From contig CM075990.1 of NCBI GenBank assembly GCA_038087875.1, positions 1,054,001 through 1,118,000 on the forward strand: 64,000 bases of DNA, written 5' to 3'. Of the stretch, positions 63,552 through 64,000 are shown in pieces. The position numbers and the translations under genes are program-made. Origin of the DNA: Malacoraja senta. Taxonomy: Eukaryota. Position 1 is the first letter of the stretch, and each line of letters starts with the position of its first letter. Below the pieces are notes generated by a model. It searched no databases. It saw nothing but the letters and a program-made list of their open reading frames with translations, and was not told where the DNA came from.

Positions 63552-64000
63552 AAAACGTACTTACTTATATAGGACCCCACACCCCAACATGGATACAGTA
63601 GATGAGGTTGGAAGAGGTGCAAGTGAACCTCTGCCTGACCTGAAAGGGTCAGGGGTCGGGGTCAGGGTCCCTGGACAGAATCGAGGGAGGAGGTATGGGG
63701 ACAGGTGTTGCATCTCCTGCGGTTGCAGGGGAAAGTACCTGGGGTGGGGGCAGTTTGGGTGGGAAGGGATGTGAACGATACGATACGATAGAACTTTATT
63801 TATCCCAGGAGGGAAATTAATTTGCCAACAGTCATAAAAAAAACCAAAATACACGAAACATGCAAATAAAGAGACAAGTGGTAAAGCTTTGGGGATGTTG
63901 GGGGAGGGGGGAGACAGTCTCAGTCTCAGTCGACCCCACGACAGAAGGGGGAGGAGTTGTACAGGTTGATAGCCACAGGGAAGGATCTCCTGTGGCGTTC

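Overview
This is eukaryotic (vertebrate) genomic DNA. The repeat content (HE1/V-SINE-like SINEs, CR1/HER1-like LINEs, Penelope elements) suggests a cartilaginous fish, probably a skate or ray; this is an inference. The + strand carries 11 coding exons of TM9SF3 (equivalent to human exons 3-6 and 8-14, all GT-AG and in consistent phase). After a 200-N gap come three exons of a tolloid-family metalloprotease (CUB3 + EGF2), most likely TLL2, matching the TM9SF3-TLL2 order I recall from human. TM9SF3 exons 7 and 15 and the whole 5' part of TLL2 are not visible and most plausibly lie in the two N gaps. The introns are dominated by transposable elements: two Tc1 (DD34E) families including a near-intact Passport-like copy nested in another Tc1, Harbinger-type MITEs, CR1, Rex1/Babar, RTE and Penelope retroelements, and about 20 tRNA-derived SINEs. 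The most notable observations are: abundant short Penelope-derived inserts with 12-16 bp TSDs that carry minimal hammerhead-ribozyme cores; a 37-bp TIR-only element with an 8-bp TSD; a patchwork templated insertion copied from both flanks; a diverged intronic duplicate with H/ACA-like features; and a perfect 20-bp hairpin. I found no convincing wholly new multi-gene system. Comparisons to reference proteins are from memory, not from database searches.
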